Positions 1-12,807 of a DNA stretch of 64,000 bases are shown piece by piece. The stretch comes from Octopus vulgaris (Eukaryota). Position numbers and translations under genes: made by a program. Location of the stretch: assembly GCA_951406725.2 (NCBI GenBank), contig OX597816.1:147994001-148058000 (forward strand). Direction: 5' to 3'. The stretch's first letter is position 1; every line of letters starts with the position of its first letter. A model generated the notes under the pieces. That model did not search any database. It worked only from the letters and a program-made list of their open reading frames with translations, and was not told where the DNA came from.

Positions 1-170
1 CAGTACTTAAATATGTGGCACAGATGGATGGAAGAGAGCATGAGAGTCCAGTGGGATTAGTTTGAAAGGGAAACCATATAGTTTGTAGTTTAACAATGAC
101 CGTCCATCCTTCGCTTGGCCCTGAAAATCTCATCAAGAAAATTCTTTACTAATATACATATATATATATA

Positions 171-489
171 TCACCGTGAAAACCGTGACCGACTAGGACT
201 AGGCTGTCAGATGTTGCCACATGTCGCTGGTTACAATGCGCTTCGCATTATTTTAGCTTTCAAATGCCCACCATCCCTCTGGCTAAGCGAGCAGGCCAAC
301 AGAAGAATGAGTGAGAGAAAGTTGTGACGAAAGACTACAGCAGGGATCACCACCTCACCCTGCCGGAGCATCGTGGAGCTGTAGATGTTTTCGCTCAATA
401 AACACTCACAACGCAACGCCCGGTCTGGGAATCAAAACAGCAATCCTACAACCACGAGTCCGCTGCCCCAAGCACTGGGCCATTGCGCT

Positions 490-491
<2 letters not shown>
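171..491 (-). mobile_element. tRNA-derived SINE (family 1), between (TA)n tracts
   Basis: The minus strand begins GGAGCGCAATGGCCCAGTGC (A-box-like), followed by GTTTTGATTCCCAGACCGGG (B-box-like) and a SINE body. Confidence 0.7.
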
Positions 492-537
<46 letters not shown>

Positions 538-902
538 CACATACATACATATATATATATATATACATATACACACATACATATGTATGTATGTATGTAA
601 TTATTCGTATGTGAGTGTGTATCTTGTGATTTTCGATTTTCAAAGGTTTATGGAATATAACGCTGTATGTTATGGAAGTAGAAAGGCAATTTATATCTTA
701 TCACATTCCCTAATGTGATAATCTACTTCATTAGAGTATCAATTCAATTTTTTCTCAGGTGTGATGTTATTTATTCTGAAGCTGCTTCACAGATGTCACC
801 TTAATTTTCAACTTTTTGTAGTAATTCCAGTAAACTGGTGGTGGTGGTGGTTGGTGGTGGTGGTGGTGGTGGTGGTGATTGGATTTTGAAAAGTGTAGCA
901 TA

Positions 903-1016
903 CTGAAACGTTAGAGTTTCTACACTCCACCGCAAGTTTACTATACAGTTACGTACATGTCACTGGATAATACAAATCTTGCCGACGTAGACCGACACCA
1001 GTATCGTGTGATTATA
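903..1016 (+). repeat. ~114-bp repeat, inverted copy at 3260-3373; starts at a decayed hammerhead-like motif
   Basis: ctgaaacgttagag...gtgtgattata is the reverse complement of 3260-3373 with about 3 mismatches. Confidence 0.85.
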
Positions 1017-2311
1017 CTGACACAACACAGGATATGCTTTCAGGTTTTTTGGAAAAAAGTTTTCAAAAATAACTCAACAGATTTTCCATTAATTCCGTGA
1101 AAAATTCAAGGTTGCCGCTGGTATTTTAATCAAGTCACTCAGCAACAGATTTCAAAAATAGCAAGTCACTCTGTAGTATCTCGCTCTTGTGAACTGTTCC
1201 TTTCATACACCTGAGCAATAACATAATGTTTGTTGTTTCTGGAGGTAAAACCTTTCTGAAGTAAATATTTCTTCAGAACAACAAAGCATCATACATACGA
1301 TTGCTTGATCCTCGGGAAATGCACATAAATTGCATTGAAATTACACATCCGCTTTGTTAGCGAAAAATAGAACTTCAAATCACAGCCTAACATTGGTAAA
1401 GAAATCGAAGGGCATATTGAATAACGTTATTCTGGATATAGAGTTCTTCCAATGAAAGGCAAGAAGATCACTGCTTTGGATCCTTTAATCATAGGCATCT
1501 AAGAAGTTAGCTGACCTGTCGTTAAATAAAAATACAAACAAGAAGGGCAATGGAGTGTATACTGCAAAAAGAAAAAGAAAATATACTAAAGCAAAAAAAT
1601 ATCGTTCCAGAAGTCATGGTACAGTTAAGAAAACAAATAGCAACGGTGGTACCGGCGATGTTCGAGATCAAATCTTATAGGCTTTGATGTAGTCTTTCAA
1701 CTACCCCCGGTCCGAGTGATCTATAAACAAAGTATTATTACCGAACTGTAATAGGCTTCTAGATTACATTTCGTACGCTGACAAAATAATCCTAATACCC
1801 AGTCAATTATGCGTTACCATGAATACAGTGATGATGTGTTTAAGTATAAATACATATTCGCAGCTAACTTAGACTAATCTGATGATATTTACCCGATGCA
1901 AATATAGCGACGAGCAGATAAAATAATTAGAGGGTCGGGCGTGAACACTTTCGTTATAATTTCTCTTTATCTTCTAATTCCGAATACTGCCGAGACCAAT
2001 TTTACATCTCAACCTTCCCTTGTCGATAAAGTTCTAATTTCGTTGGCATCGGTTAATTATACCCGCTTCTCAAAGCAGTTGTTCTTGTACGGAAATCAGA
2101 AATTATTTGCTCTATCCTAAAATCCTTAGAAGTGAAATGTAAGAAGTGAAATATTTTTCTTTCATATCTTTATTTTTCCATCACTATATAATGTTGTTAA
2201 TAGGATCAAGGGATTGATTTTTATATCCACCAATGACAATATAGCCTTTTATATTTTGGGAGTCAATCGAATAAATATTTGTCAGTATAATATGCAACAC
2301 TAGAGTTGCAA

Positions 2312-3020
2312 GCTGGCAGAATCGTTAGCACTTCGAGTAAAATGCTTAGCGGTATTTTGTCTGCCGCTACGTTCTGAGTTCAAATTCCGCCGATGTCAAC
2401 TTTGCCTTTCATCCATTCGGGGTCGATTAAATAAGTACCAGTTACGCACTGGGGTCGATTTAATCGACTTAATCCCTTTGTCTGTCCTTGTTTTTCCCCT
2501 CTGTGTTTAAAGAAACAAGTATTTCGTCTGCCGTTACGTTCTGAGTTCAAATTACGCCGCGGTTGACTTTGCCTTTCATCCATTCGGGTTCGATAAATTA
2601 AGTACCAGTTACGCACTGGGGTCGACGTAATCGATTAATGCCTTTGTCTTTGTTTGTTCCCTCTGTTTTTAGCCCCTTGTGGGTAGTAAAGAATTAGGTA
2701 TTTCGTCTGCCGCTACGTTCTGAGTTCAAATTCCACCGAGGTCGACTTTGCCTTTCATCCTTTCGGGGTCGATAAATTAAGTACCAGTTACGCACTGGGA
2801 ACGATGTAATCGACTTAATCCCTTTGTCGGTCCTTGTTTGTCCCCTCTATGATTAGCCCCTTGTGGGCAAAAAAGAAACAAGAATCGTTAGCACTTCGAG
2901 TAAAACGCTTGTTAACACTGCGGCCGTCCTTACGTTTTGAGTTCAAATTCCTCGAAGATCGACTTTGCCTTTCAGTTTCTATCAGATGAGCCCAGGGGGA
3001 CGATACAATCAACTTACTCC
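2312..3020 (+). mobile_element. Head-to-tail array of ~3.5 copies of a tRNA-derived SINE (family 2, Meta/MESC-like central domain)
   Basis: The unit ...gttctgagttcaaattcc (B box)...gactttgcctttcatcc(a/t)ttcggggtcgataaattaagtaccag... repeats with a period of ~170-185 bp. The A-box-like gctggcagaatcg is at 2312. Confidence 0.85.
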
Positions 3021-3118
3021 GATAAATATTTAGCAAGATGAACAAAGTGATTCAAGGGCTGAAAACTAAGCTGTTGATTCTTCTAAGTATCAATAAACAC
3101 ATACACAATCACACACAT

Positions 3119-3179
<61 letters not shown>

Positions 3180-3223
3180 CGTTCTATTTTTTATGCTTGC
3201 TTCGCCAAACCTATACATATATC

Positions 3224-3259
<36 letters not shown>

Positions 3260-3265
<6 letters not shown>

Positions 3266-3373
3266 CACACGATACTGGTGTTGGTCTATGTCGGCAAGAT
3301 TTGTATTATCCAGTGACATGTACGTAACTGTATAGTACACTTGCGGTGGAGTGTAGAAACTCTAACGTTTCAG
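3260..3373 (-). repeat. Inverted copy of 903-1016, abutting (TA)n
   Basis: Direct sequence comparison. Confidence 0.85.
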
Positions 3374-3547
3374 GAAAAATGTTGACAGCAGAGAAATGAA
3401 AGACAGACAACAGAGTTTCAGAGATTCTCTAAGTTGAAAACAAAACTGGTAGCAATTGATATCAATTATCAATTACTGACAGTTTTTCCAACTTAAAGAA
3501 TATGAAACTCAGCTGGCTCTCTCTTTAATTTCATTCCTGTCAACGTT

Positions 3548-3580
3548 TCTCTGAAGAGGAACTTTATCTGAAACATCAGA
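3548..3580 (+). ncRNA. Minimal type I hammerhead-like motif
   Basis: tct-CTGAAGA-GGA actta TCT-like stem II-GAAAC-ATC-aga; short stem I tct/aga. Confidence 0.4.
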
Positions 3581-3665
3581 CTTTTCACTCTCCATGGCAA
3601 ATTCACTCTAATTTTTTTGATTTAGTTTACTATGTATATAATCGCTGAAAGGGAGAGAGAGAGAG

Positions 3666-3711
<46 letters not shown>

Positions 3712-3793
3712 AGTGTGTGTATGTGTGTGTGTGTGTGTGTGTGCAAAAATATACATATAGTCGCCATGATAGATCGGTAGCCACAGCACGCAT

Positions 3794-3945
3794 TTTATTC
3801 TCTCCTTGTTTCTCTCCTTGTTTTTTTCTGTGTCCCTTTCTGTAGAAGAGCGTAGGCTCGAAACGTATAAGACTTTTTCAATTCCTGAGCGAATATTTTG
3901 TACACCATCTGTCTTCGTCTTTTGTTTTTTCGTGAACTCTCCCCA
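3794..3945 (+). mobile_element. Short (TA)n-associated repeat with a variant hammerhead motif (Penelope-like non-autonomous element)
   Basis: CTGTAGA-A-GAGC gtag GCTC-GAAAC-GTA at 3840-3867. Relatives lie at 32654, 40172 and 53170. Confidence 0.6.
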
Positions 3946-3961
3946 TATATCTATCTACCTG

Positions 3962-3996
<35 letters not shown>

Positions 3997-4042
3997 TGAC
4001 GTAGCCTATAGGCATAAAAAAGTACCCTAAATTTATCTACAG

Positions 4043-4428
4043 ACTAGCAGTATCGCCCGGCGTTGCTCAGGTTTGTAAGAGAAATAACTATAAAGCATTT
4101 TTAGAGAGTTATAGCCAAAAAATAGCAAAAAAATGGAAAAACATGATGGTAAATTTTTTTTTGAGATTTAAAAAAGGTAGAGTTGCGTCCCCTAGACAGT
4201 TTGTGGTTCGTATTCCTGATTCTCGACCCCATGTCGAATTTATCGATTTTTTCAGAACTGGGGGAACTTTTCAAAATTTTCGCTGCGTTAGTTTTGAATT
4301 ATGACATTGGGCTATGTGTGTGTCAAGTTTCATCAGAATCGGTTGAAAGCCGTGGTCAGGGTGAGGGTACAAGCAAACAGACACACAGAAACACGCACAG
4401 ACAAACTGCCGTTTATATAGAGAGAGAT
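4043..4428 (+). mobile_element. Non-autonomous Helitron/Helentron-like element (Lep1/DINE-1-like layout)
   Basis: 5' ACTAGC...cccggcgttgctcagg hairpin. 3' aagtttcatcagaatcggttgaaagccg, then ACAG/ACAC microsatellite, then tttatatagagagagat end. Confidence 0.6.
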
Positions 4429-4664
4429 TTACAACACACTGAAAAGATGGAAATAAAATATGGTGTACATGTGACCGATTGGCTGAAACAGGTGTAAGAA
4501 ATTGTTCTTCTTCCTCTAATTTAGAAATTACTAATATGTTACACATGTTTTCATATATCTGAACTGTTTAAATTAAATAAATATAAATAATATAATGTCT
4601 AACAACTGATGAACACCTTCTCTGGATTCCCTCCATCTTCTTCTTGCCACATATATATATATAT

Positions 4665-4788
<124 letters not shown>

Positions 4789-4981
4789 TTGTGTGTATGT
4801 ATATATATGCATATATATCCTGCCGTCGAAGTCGACGTATGAGCTTTCAGATTCTGCCAAACGCCCTGCACCACCCGGTCTAGGAATTGAAACCATGATC
4901 TTGCAACACTCTAACCACTATCACATACACACACACACACACACGTATATATATATGTGTATATTTGTTTGGATTATATAT

Positions 4982-5208
4982 ATATTGAAAGAAAGAAAAG
5001 GGAGAAAATGGATGTATGAATACTTTATTTGTATGAAATAAAGATGTTGAAAATTTTGGTATCAATACAAATAAATAAATAAAAAATAAGGTACTTTTTG
5101 AGATTTACAACTCATTTATTTGTATTGTTATTAAAAAATCAACATCTTTATATCATGCAAATAAATTATTCATACATCTATCTCTCTCCATTTTCTTTCT
5201 TTCAATAT
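4982..5208. repeat. Imperfect foldback with ~95-bp arms (MITE-like)
   Basis: atattgaaagaaagaaaa...caatacaaataaat pairs with atttatttgtattg...ttttctttctttcaatat. Confidence 0.7.
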
Positions 5209-5858
5209 TAATTATATTTATTAGTACTATAATCCCGAACATATCGTCTAAACTTTCTCATTATATGATAGTGATTAACCAGTGGAATGTTTGGAATTAT
5301 ATAATCCCTAATGTGGATAAAAAACCTCGAGTTGACTATAAATATATCATGCCTGACCTCCGCTTCTTCCTCCAGCATCTCAACACCCTTCTATCCCGTT
5401 TTCTTTCCTTATTCCCCCTAATGCTTGCAACCCGCAAAAAAACTCACTTGATTTTTTTTTTAAACTCCCTGGGCATCTTTCTTTCTTAGCCGTTACCTCC
5501 GTCATCACGTCACACAGTGATGTACATAAATCCCCTCACTAAACAAGGTTTCCGAAACTTATTTTTGTGCGTACATATACATTCCCCTCCCATTACCGAA
5601 AGCTGAACAGTTATCTCCCTTACCCACAACAATAACAATAATAACGATAACAAATTACCTCCCCTTATTTTTACTTGTGAAGTCACTCACTCGTAAATAT
5701 CATCACACACAATATAGACAAAATTTCAAACATAGACATATTCAAATAAGTAAAACATAATATCATGAATAGCGATAGCGAAACCCGTCGGTATATTAAA
5801 AATTTATATTAAAACTATGTAAGTGTGCATATTTTCCTTTTTCAATTTCTTATATATA

Positions 5859-5906
<48 letters not shown>

Positions 5907-5910
5907 GATG

Positions 5911-6207
5911 GGCCTTATGAGTGGGTTTAGTAGACGGAAACTGAAAGCCCGTCGTATATATGTATATGTATGTGGGGGGGCTGTGTGTCTTTGTATGTGT
6001 TTGTGTGTCTGTGTTTGTCCCCCAACATTGCTTGACAACCGATGCTGGTGTGTTCAGTCCCTGTAACTTAGCGGTTCGGCAAAATATATCCATAGAATAA
6101 TTACTAAGCTTACAAAGAATAAATCCTGGGGTGGATTTCTTCGACTAAAGGCGGTGCTGCAGCATGGCCACAGTCAACTGACTGAAAGAAGTAAAACAGT
6201 AAAGAGT
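5911..6207 (+). mobile_element. SINE family 3, 5'-truncated
   Basis: Shares gtagacggaaactgaaag...aacttagcggttcggcaaa...cagcatggccacagtc...gtaaaagag with the full copies. Confidence 0.85.
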
Positions 6208-6760
6208 ATACTCACACATACACACACACACTCGCACACACACACACAGACACGCGCACGCACACACATACACACACACATACACACACACACACATACA
6301 CACACACACACACACACACATACACACACACATACACACACACACACATACACACACATAGAAAGCAAGTGACGCTGGACGTATATCTTTGATTCTGATA
6401 TGTTCGTCTCACTACATACACCACGAATTCTTCATAGAGAGTAATAATTCCATGTCTACTTGATCGTGTACCCCAGGGTATATTTGTGTGCGCATGTATG
6501 TATACGCGTTTGTGTGCATAAGGTTGCGTGATCTAGCGTGTTAGTGTACTTTCTAATGCCAAGTATGAATATGTTTGTGTATACCTAAATTCTTATCTCT
6601 GAATATCTGGTCATTCGTTTCCTTACATGTTGGAAGTTGTTTGACATTGTGTATTTGTATCTAATAATTCAAATTTACATGTATATAATCATACAGAAAT
6701 ATGCATTTGTGTATACATAAATAGATGCACATATATATATATGTGTGTGTGTGTTTATTT

Positions 6761-6858
<98 letters not shown>

Positions 6859-7489
6859 CTGTATGTATGTTTGTATTCATGTATAGATTGATTGATAGAT
6901 AGAGAAATATATACATCGGTAGATAGATACGTAATATCTGTCTGGCTAAAGATAAATTGATAGCTTCAAGTTCAAAGATCTACAAGAAAGGAACTACAAA
7001 GAAATGTATATTTATGCAATATATGAATAGAAGGATGAAAACTGGTTAAACATGAACACATTTCCTTATCCTTTGTGATATACCATGAGTTGCAAATACA
7101 TATTACATTTTCTCGGCAATACATATATACATATATATGTCCACACCTCCTGAACCCATACACACATGCAGTCGCACTCGCAACGTAGGACATGATCATA
7201 AATATACGCATCCACAGCACACACATGCACATATATGTACAAATGGCGAGAGAAAAGCAGAGATATAAAGAGAGAGAGAGAGAAAGAAATGGGTGGGGGG
7301 GACTTTATCCTAGTGTGTTTAATGTACGAATATTAAAAAATTTTAGAAAACCAAGACAATGCATTTTCGAATATATTATATTTAAGTACGAATATTAAAC
7401 TTTTGTATCTTATGATAATAATCTCTATATATCAACCGGAAATGCTCTCCTTATCGATCAAGAAATTAATCAAGAAAGTCGTATTAATA

Positions 7490-7630
7490 CAGGTATAGGC
7501 AACCTTTTTCGAGAAGCGAGCCGCATGAGACACTTATCACCCTCAGGTACTACTAAATAAAATGAAGATATTTTATTTTTGTTGAACGTACCATTCAGAA
7601 AGTCGCGCTGGCTGTAGTTTGCCGATGAAC
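7490..7630. mobile_element. Degenerate hAT-type MITE
   Basis: Ends caggtataggcaaccttttt ... ggctgtagtttgccgatg resemble CAGGGGTNGGCAA-type hAT TIRs. Confidence 0.4.
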
Positions 7631-8049
7631 ATTTAGTGAATCAGAGATCTATATCTGTAATATAGATAAACTGACGTGTGTGTTTGAAATGCAAAGAAGT
7701 CGAATATTACGTATCACGGGCCGAATTGTGTGACAAGATTAATGAATCTGTTTCACGAAATTCCTGTCAGATATAGATTTTTTTATGACAACCGATAGCT
7801 TAACCCATAACTTTATGAAATTACGTTCACCAAGACTAATGGTTATCGTGCATATGTTGGGTGCTTTGGGTTGGTTCTCGTATACTCTTTCAGCAGAAAG
7901 CTGCTGCATGGAGTAACGGCGTTTGTTCTGTCGCTGAAAGGTGATGAACTCGCGAAACAGTCTTTGAAAATGAGTTTTTCTTTCTGTTCGTTGTGATTAG
8001 ACTCCGGTTGATAACACGTAAAGGTTGTTAGGTAATCGTTCAATCATAG

Positions 8050-8500
8050 ATCTCTTGAAAACTGCTTCGTATTTGCTGTTTATCATTCTCATTCCATTTG
8101 TACTTAATAGTAAGGAATTATCTTTCGCAGGCCACATGAATGGTCTACATGCGGTTTTCATTTATAACTTACCTGTGAGAATATCGCTCATCTCAGCTAT
8201 TGTGTGTTAAAAATACGGAGATTGACTCACGGCTGCTAGTGTGTTCCACGTTGAAGCCTATGTAATTAAAAATTTTGATGAAATATCACATAAGAACTCC
8301 CTCACGAAAATACGGGATCATGCGGATGTCATTCAAATATCTGGTAAAAGTGATACAAAAGTGGCTCTTCGCAGCAACAGGTCAATACACAAAATAGCCA
8401 GTGGGGCTGTCATACTAAACCCACATGGATAGTCTTGACGACTGATTATATCAGAGGCTAATTTAACTGTTACCGTTCTGTACAATGGCAGAGAGAGGCT
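8050..8500 (+). pseudogene. Highly decayed non-LTR reverse transcriptase fragment
   Basis: IKNFDEISHKNSLTKIRDH resembles the RT motif SKAFDxVxHxxLLxKL. Confidence 0.3.
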
Positions 8501-8723
8501 TGTAAGTATCCGAATGGTAAGTCCGAAACACTAAAGATTCAGATATAAAATTAAAATTAAAAAACAAAAAACATTTGGTCAAAGTTACACGGCTGGAAAA
8601 GTAAATCAAAGTTGCAACGGAAAATGGTGTCTAGACTAAAGACATAAGTGTTATTTTTTGGAGTAAAGTTGATAATTTATTTGAATGGTGTCATTTGAGC
8701 TGATGATGCGTTCTGGTATATAT

Positions 8724-8764
<41 letters not shown>

Positions 8765-8777
8765 GCTAGAATTTTTA

Positions 8778-8808
<31 letters not shown>

Positions 8809-9477
8809 GCGTGTGTACATATATACATATATATACATAAATGTATACATATGCACATATATATATATATACAAATATACATATATGTACATATATATAT
8901 ATATATGTGTGTGTGCGTGTATATATATATATGTGTGTGTGTGCGTGTGTATATATGCACACACGTATGTATGTACATATATACATCCATATATATATAT
9001 CTATGTGTGTGTGTATTCACCATTTATATTTACACATCTATATGCTTGTTTTATGTACATATATATATATATATAATTATATATATACACACACACACAT
9101 ATATATATATATACATAACAAAACAAAAAATGTGTCAGGGAGGGAGAGAGAGAGAGAGAAAGAGACGGATCACGTATTCGTGTTAGTGCGCATGGACGTG
9201 CATTTAAGTGTGTAGCTCTTTGTTCCTTAGATGTTCAGTTCGTATTCTTTAAATCAGAACTGAAGTACCTCCTTCAGTGCTGTCTGTTCTATTCGTTTCC
9301 TGTTATTTGTTCTGTATGGCCTTAGAACTTCCAGAAAACAATAATTTAGCTGTGGGCTTTTAAATAATAAAAGCTATACAGTTGAGATTCCTGATAAGAG
9401 AGGATGGTGTGAGAAGTTTGGAGTTGGAGATTTGTTGTTATCTTAACAGTTTCTTTTATCCGCTGAACTTGGTGATA

Positions 9478-9529
<52 letters not shown>

Positions 9530-9571
9530 TGTGTGTTTGTGAGTGTCTTGTGCGTGTATTATGTATATTTC

Positions 9572-9645
<74 letters not shown>

Positions 9646-9709
9646 TTTCAGAAAAAAAAATAAAAGTATGAATAATATATATATATATATAAATATATAT
9701 ATATGTACA

Positions 9710-9744
<35 letters not shown>

Positions 9745-10188
9745 TCTCATATATATATATATATATATATATAAATATATATATGTATATACACATATAC
9801 ACACACTCAAAAATATATACACTCATATATATATATATGTATATACATATATACAGACACTCAAAAATACATGCACAAATATCTATCTATCGACGTATAA
9901 ATATATATATATATATGTATGTATGTATGTATATATTCACCTATGTGTACATGTAGGTATGTACGTATAACTATAAACATAGATGTATATGTGTGTGTGT
10001 TTGTGTGTATATCTGTAGACAGAGGCTACCACGAGGTCTCGCGTTCTGTTACAATATTTTACTTCTTGGGTAGTGTTTGTTTACCATAGCGTCGAGTTGA
10101 TATTGCGAATGAATCTGCATAGATGGAAATTGCGTATTACTCTTGCCTCGATAGCGTACATTCTTATGAAAAACCCCTTGAACAGAAT

Positions 10189-10234
<46 letters not shown>

Positions 10235-10445
10235 GCACGCACACATATACACGTACACAAATATACATACATATATATATATGGTCATTCATGACCGAAG
10301 GGGGTCTTTAACCTTACGTATTTATGTATATATATGAATACATATACATGTATACATACATGTATCTGTCTATATATATATATTCTGTTACACTCACACA
10401 CCAAATACCCACACCCACACATAACAACACAGACACAGACATATA

Positions 10446-10533
<88 letters not shown>

Positions 10534-11018
10534 TAAAACTAATTTAGAGACAAACCACCATTTCACAACTCAGGCAATGAAGGACCCAAAACCATGCCGT
10601 GAGAGATATACCACACAAAATACTAATCTAAAATTTTGATAATATATAATATTGAACAGAGCAAATACAGGGCAAATAAGAGCAAATACTTTTAAAATCA
10701 CAGCGAATACCATACAAAGAAACATTCATCATAAATATATTAAGATAAAATCAAATAAAGTATAAATTCAACAATAAAAATTAATATAATGAAAAAATGC
10801 ATAAAAGTAAGTATTTGTACATTGACTACACGTGTTTCATGCTTGAATTAGGACTAGATAAAATCGTATAAGAAACCATGTACAAGTTCATTAGAACGGT
10901 AAAATGATTTTACTTATAATATAATAATAATCCCTATCATATATTGAGTTAAGTTAAACTTTTAGTTTTTGGGGGTTTTAGGAATTTTACCTGAGGAGTG
11001 ACTGCTTTGGGGAATAAA

Positions 11019-11066
<48 letters not shown>

Positions 11067-11091
11067 TTTATTATCATTATTATTATTATTA

Positions 11092-11152
<61 letters not shown>

Positions 11153-11155
<3 letters not shown>

Positions 11156-11467
11156 AATTTTCTTCCATTTCTTGCCGAGTGTCTTCCCGACTCCTAGGGC
11201 AAAGAAACTCATAGTATATATTGGTAGGCCATTAAACCAAACTCAGTAGTTCGTTCATTTTTTTTTTTTTTTTTAAAGTTAAATTAAAATACATGAGCAG
11301 CAACAGTTCTCACATCGACAATGCTCTTCTCAATACGTGTGATGTACCATTAAGACAATCTTTTGCACTTCTTGCAGGGATGGTAAGCCAGGATCATTCT
11401 CATATAATTTTCGGTTCCCTTCTTGATCATTCCTAGTGCTCCTACGATCACTGGTATTGTAACCGCC

Positions 11468-11469
<2 letters not shown>
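11153..11469 (-). mobile_element. 5'-truncated young copy of the Dong/R4 LINE at 28464-32376, inside (ATT)n
   Basis: Near-identical to 32040-32362 ([26 protein letters not shown] plus 3'UTR). ATT arrays on both sides. Confidence 0.95.
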
Positions 11470-11513
<44 letters not shown>

Positions 11514-11577
11514 CATCATTATCATCATCATCATTATTATATAAATTCATTATAATTATTATTATTATTATTATTAT

Positions 11578-12740
11578 GGATCTTTTCCTTTTGATGGACG
11601 GGATTTTCTAGTCAACTAAACAATTTGAAACTTCGTATACTGGTAGAATGTGTCAAAAGAAAACATTGTTGTAAACAAAATTGAAAGCAAAATTGTAATT
11701 TGTAAGTTTAAAGTAGTTTAATTCTTCAAATTTTAACTAATGAAATGCCAGCATTTGAGCTCAAATCATTTGCTGCGTCTAAAAACTCAGACAATATCCT
11801 GTTGCAACGTAAACAGCACACACACACACACGTGTTATTCATCCTTCTCTCTTCTGTCTGTCTTTTGTCTTCTGTCTTCTGCATGTGCTAGAAATAACAG
11901 CTATATCTCTTAAATCGATGAATTTCGTCGCCCAATAAAAATATTAACGATATTTTTTTACAGAAAAGGCTTCTCCCACGGTTTTGAAGGGCCAGAAACA
12001 ACAAAAACAACACAATAATATGCCTAAATCGGTCTAGAGGGTGTGCGTGGAGTGTGCGTCGTATTGTAAAAATTTGCGAAATTTTTTTTCATAAAAGGAT
12101 GCCCCAGCTTGTCGAAGGCTGTGATATAAATTGGGGAAAAAATCCTTGACACCAGTGCGTAATTGGTACTTAATTTATCGACCCCGAAACGATGAATCAT
12201 TGACCCCCCCTTCTGGTTTATTTACCTTTTGTGTAAATTTGTTGCGGCAAGGGGCAATACACAGAAGGGACAAAGCATGAGCTACAAAAGTATTAAGTCG
12301 ATTCTATCGACACCAGTGCGAACTCACGAACGTGTATGTATGCTTGTGTGCGTATGTGTGTGTATGTATATCTCCCTTTGTATGTGTGTGTACGCTTATA
12401 TATTAATTAGTATGTGCTTGTGCAAATGTATATGTATGTGTTTGAGAGAGAGAGAGAGTGACAGAGAGAGAGAGTGTGTGTGTTTGTGTGTGTGTGTGTG
12501 TGTATGCGGCGTCTGCTATGTTTGTTTATCAATATCGATAACGCAGAAAATGATTTGAGCTCAAATGCTGGCATTTCATTGGTTAAAATTCGAAGAATTA
12601 AACTACGTTAAACTTACAAATTACAATTTTGCTTTCAATTTTGTTTACAATAATGTTTTCTTTTGACACATTCTACCAGTATACGAAGTTTCAAATTGTT
12701 TAGTTAACTAGAAAATTCCGTCCATCAAAAGGAAAAGATC

Positions 12741-12741
<1 letters not shown>
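11578..12741. mobile_element. Non-autonomous DNA transposon with ~200-bp TIRs and GG...CC termini (Merlin-like)
   Basis: GGATCTTTTCCTTTTGATGGACGG... (11578-11778) is the reverse complement of 12541-12741 (...CCGTCCATCAAAAGGAAAAGATCC). Both flanks read ATTATTAT. Confidence 0.85.

Positions 12742-12803
<62 letters not shown>

Positions 12804-12807
<4 letters not shown>

Noticed and set aside
2312-3020. Regularly spaced repeats resembling a CRISPR array
   Set aside because: Units are ~180-bp SINE copies without unique spacers; the context is eukaryotic with no cas genes.
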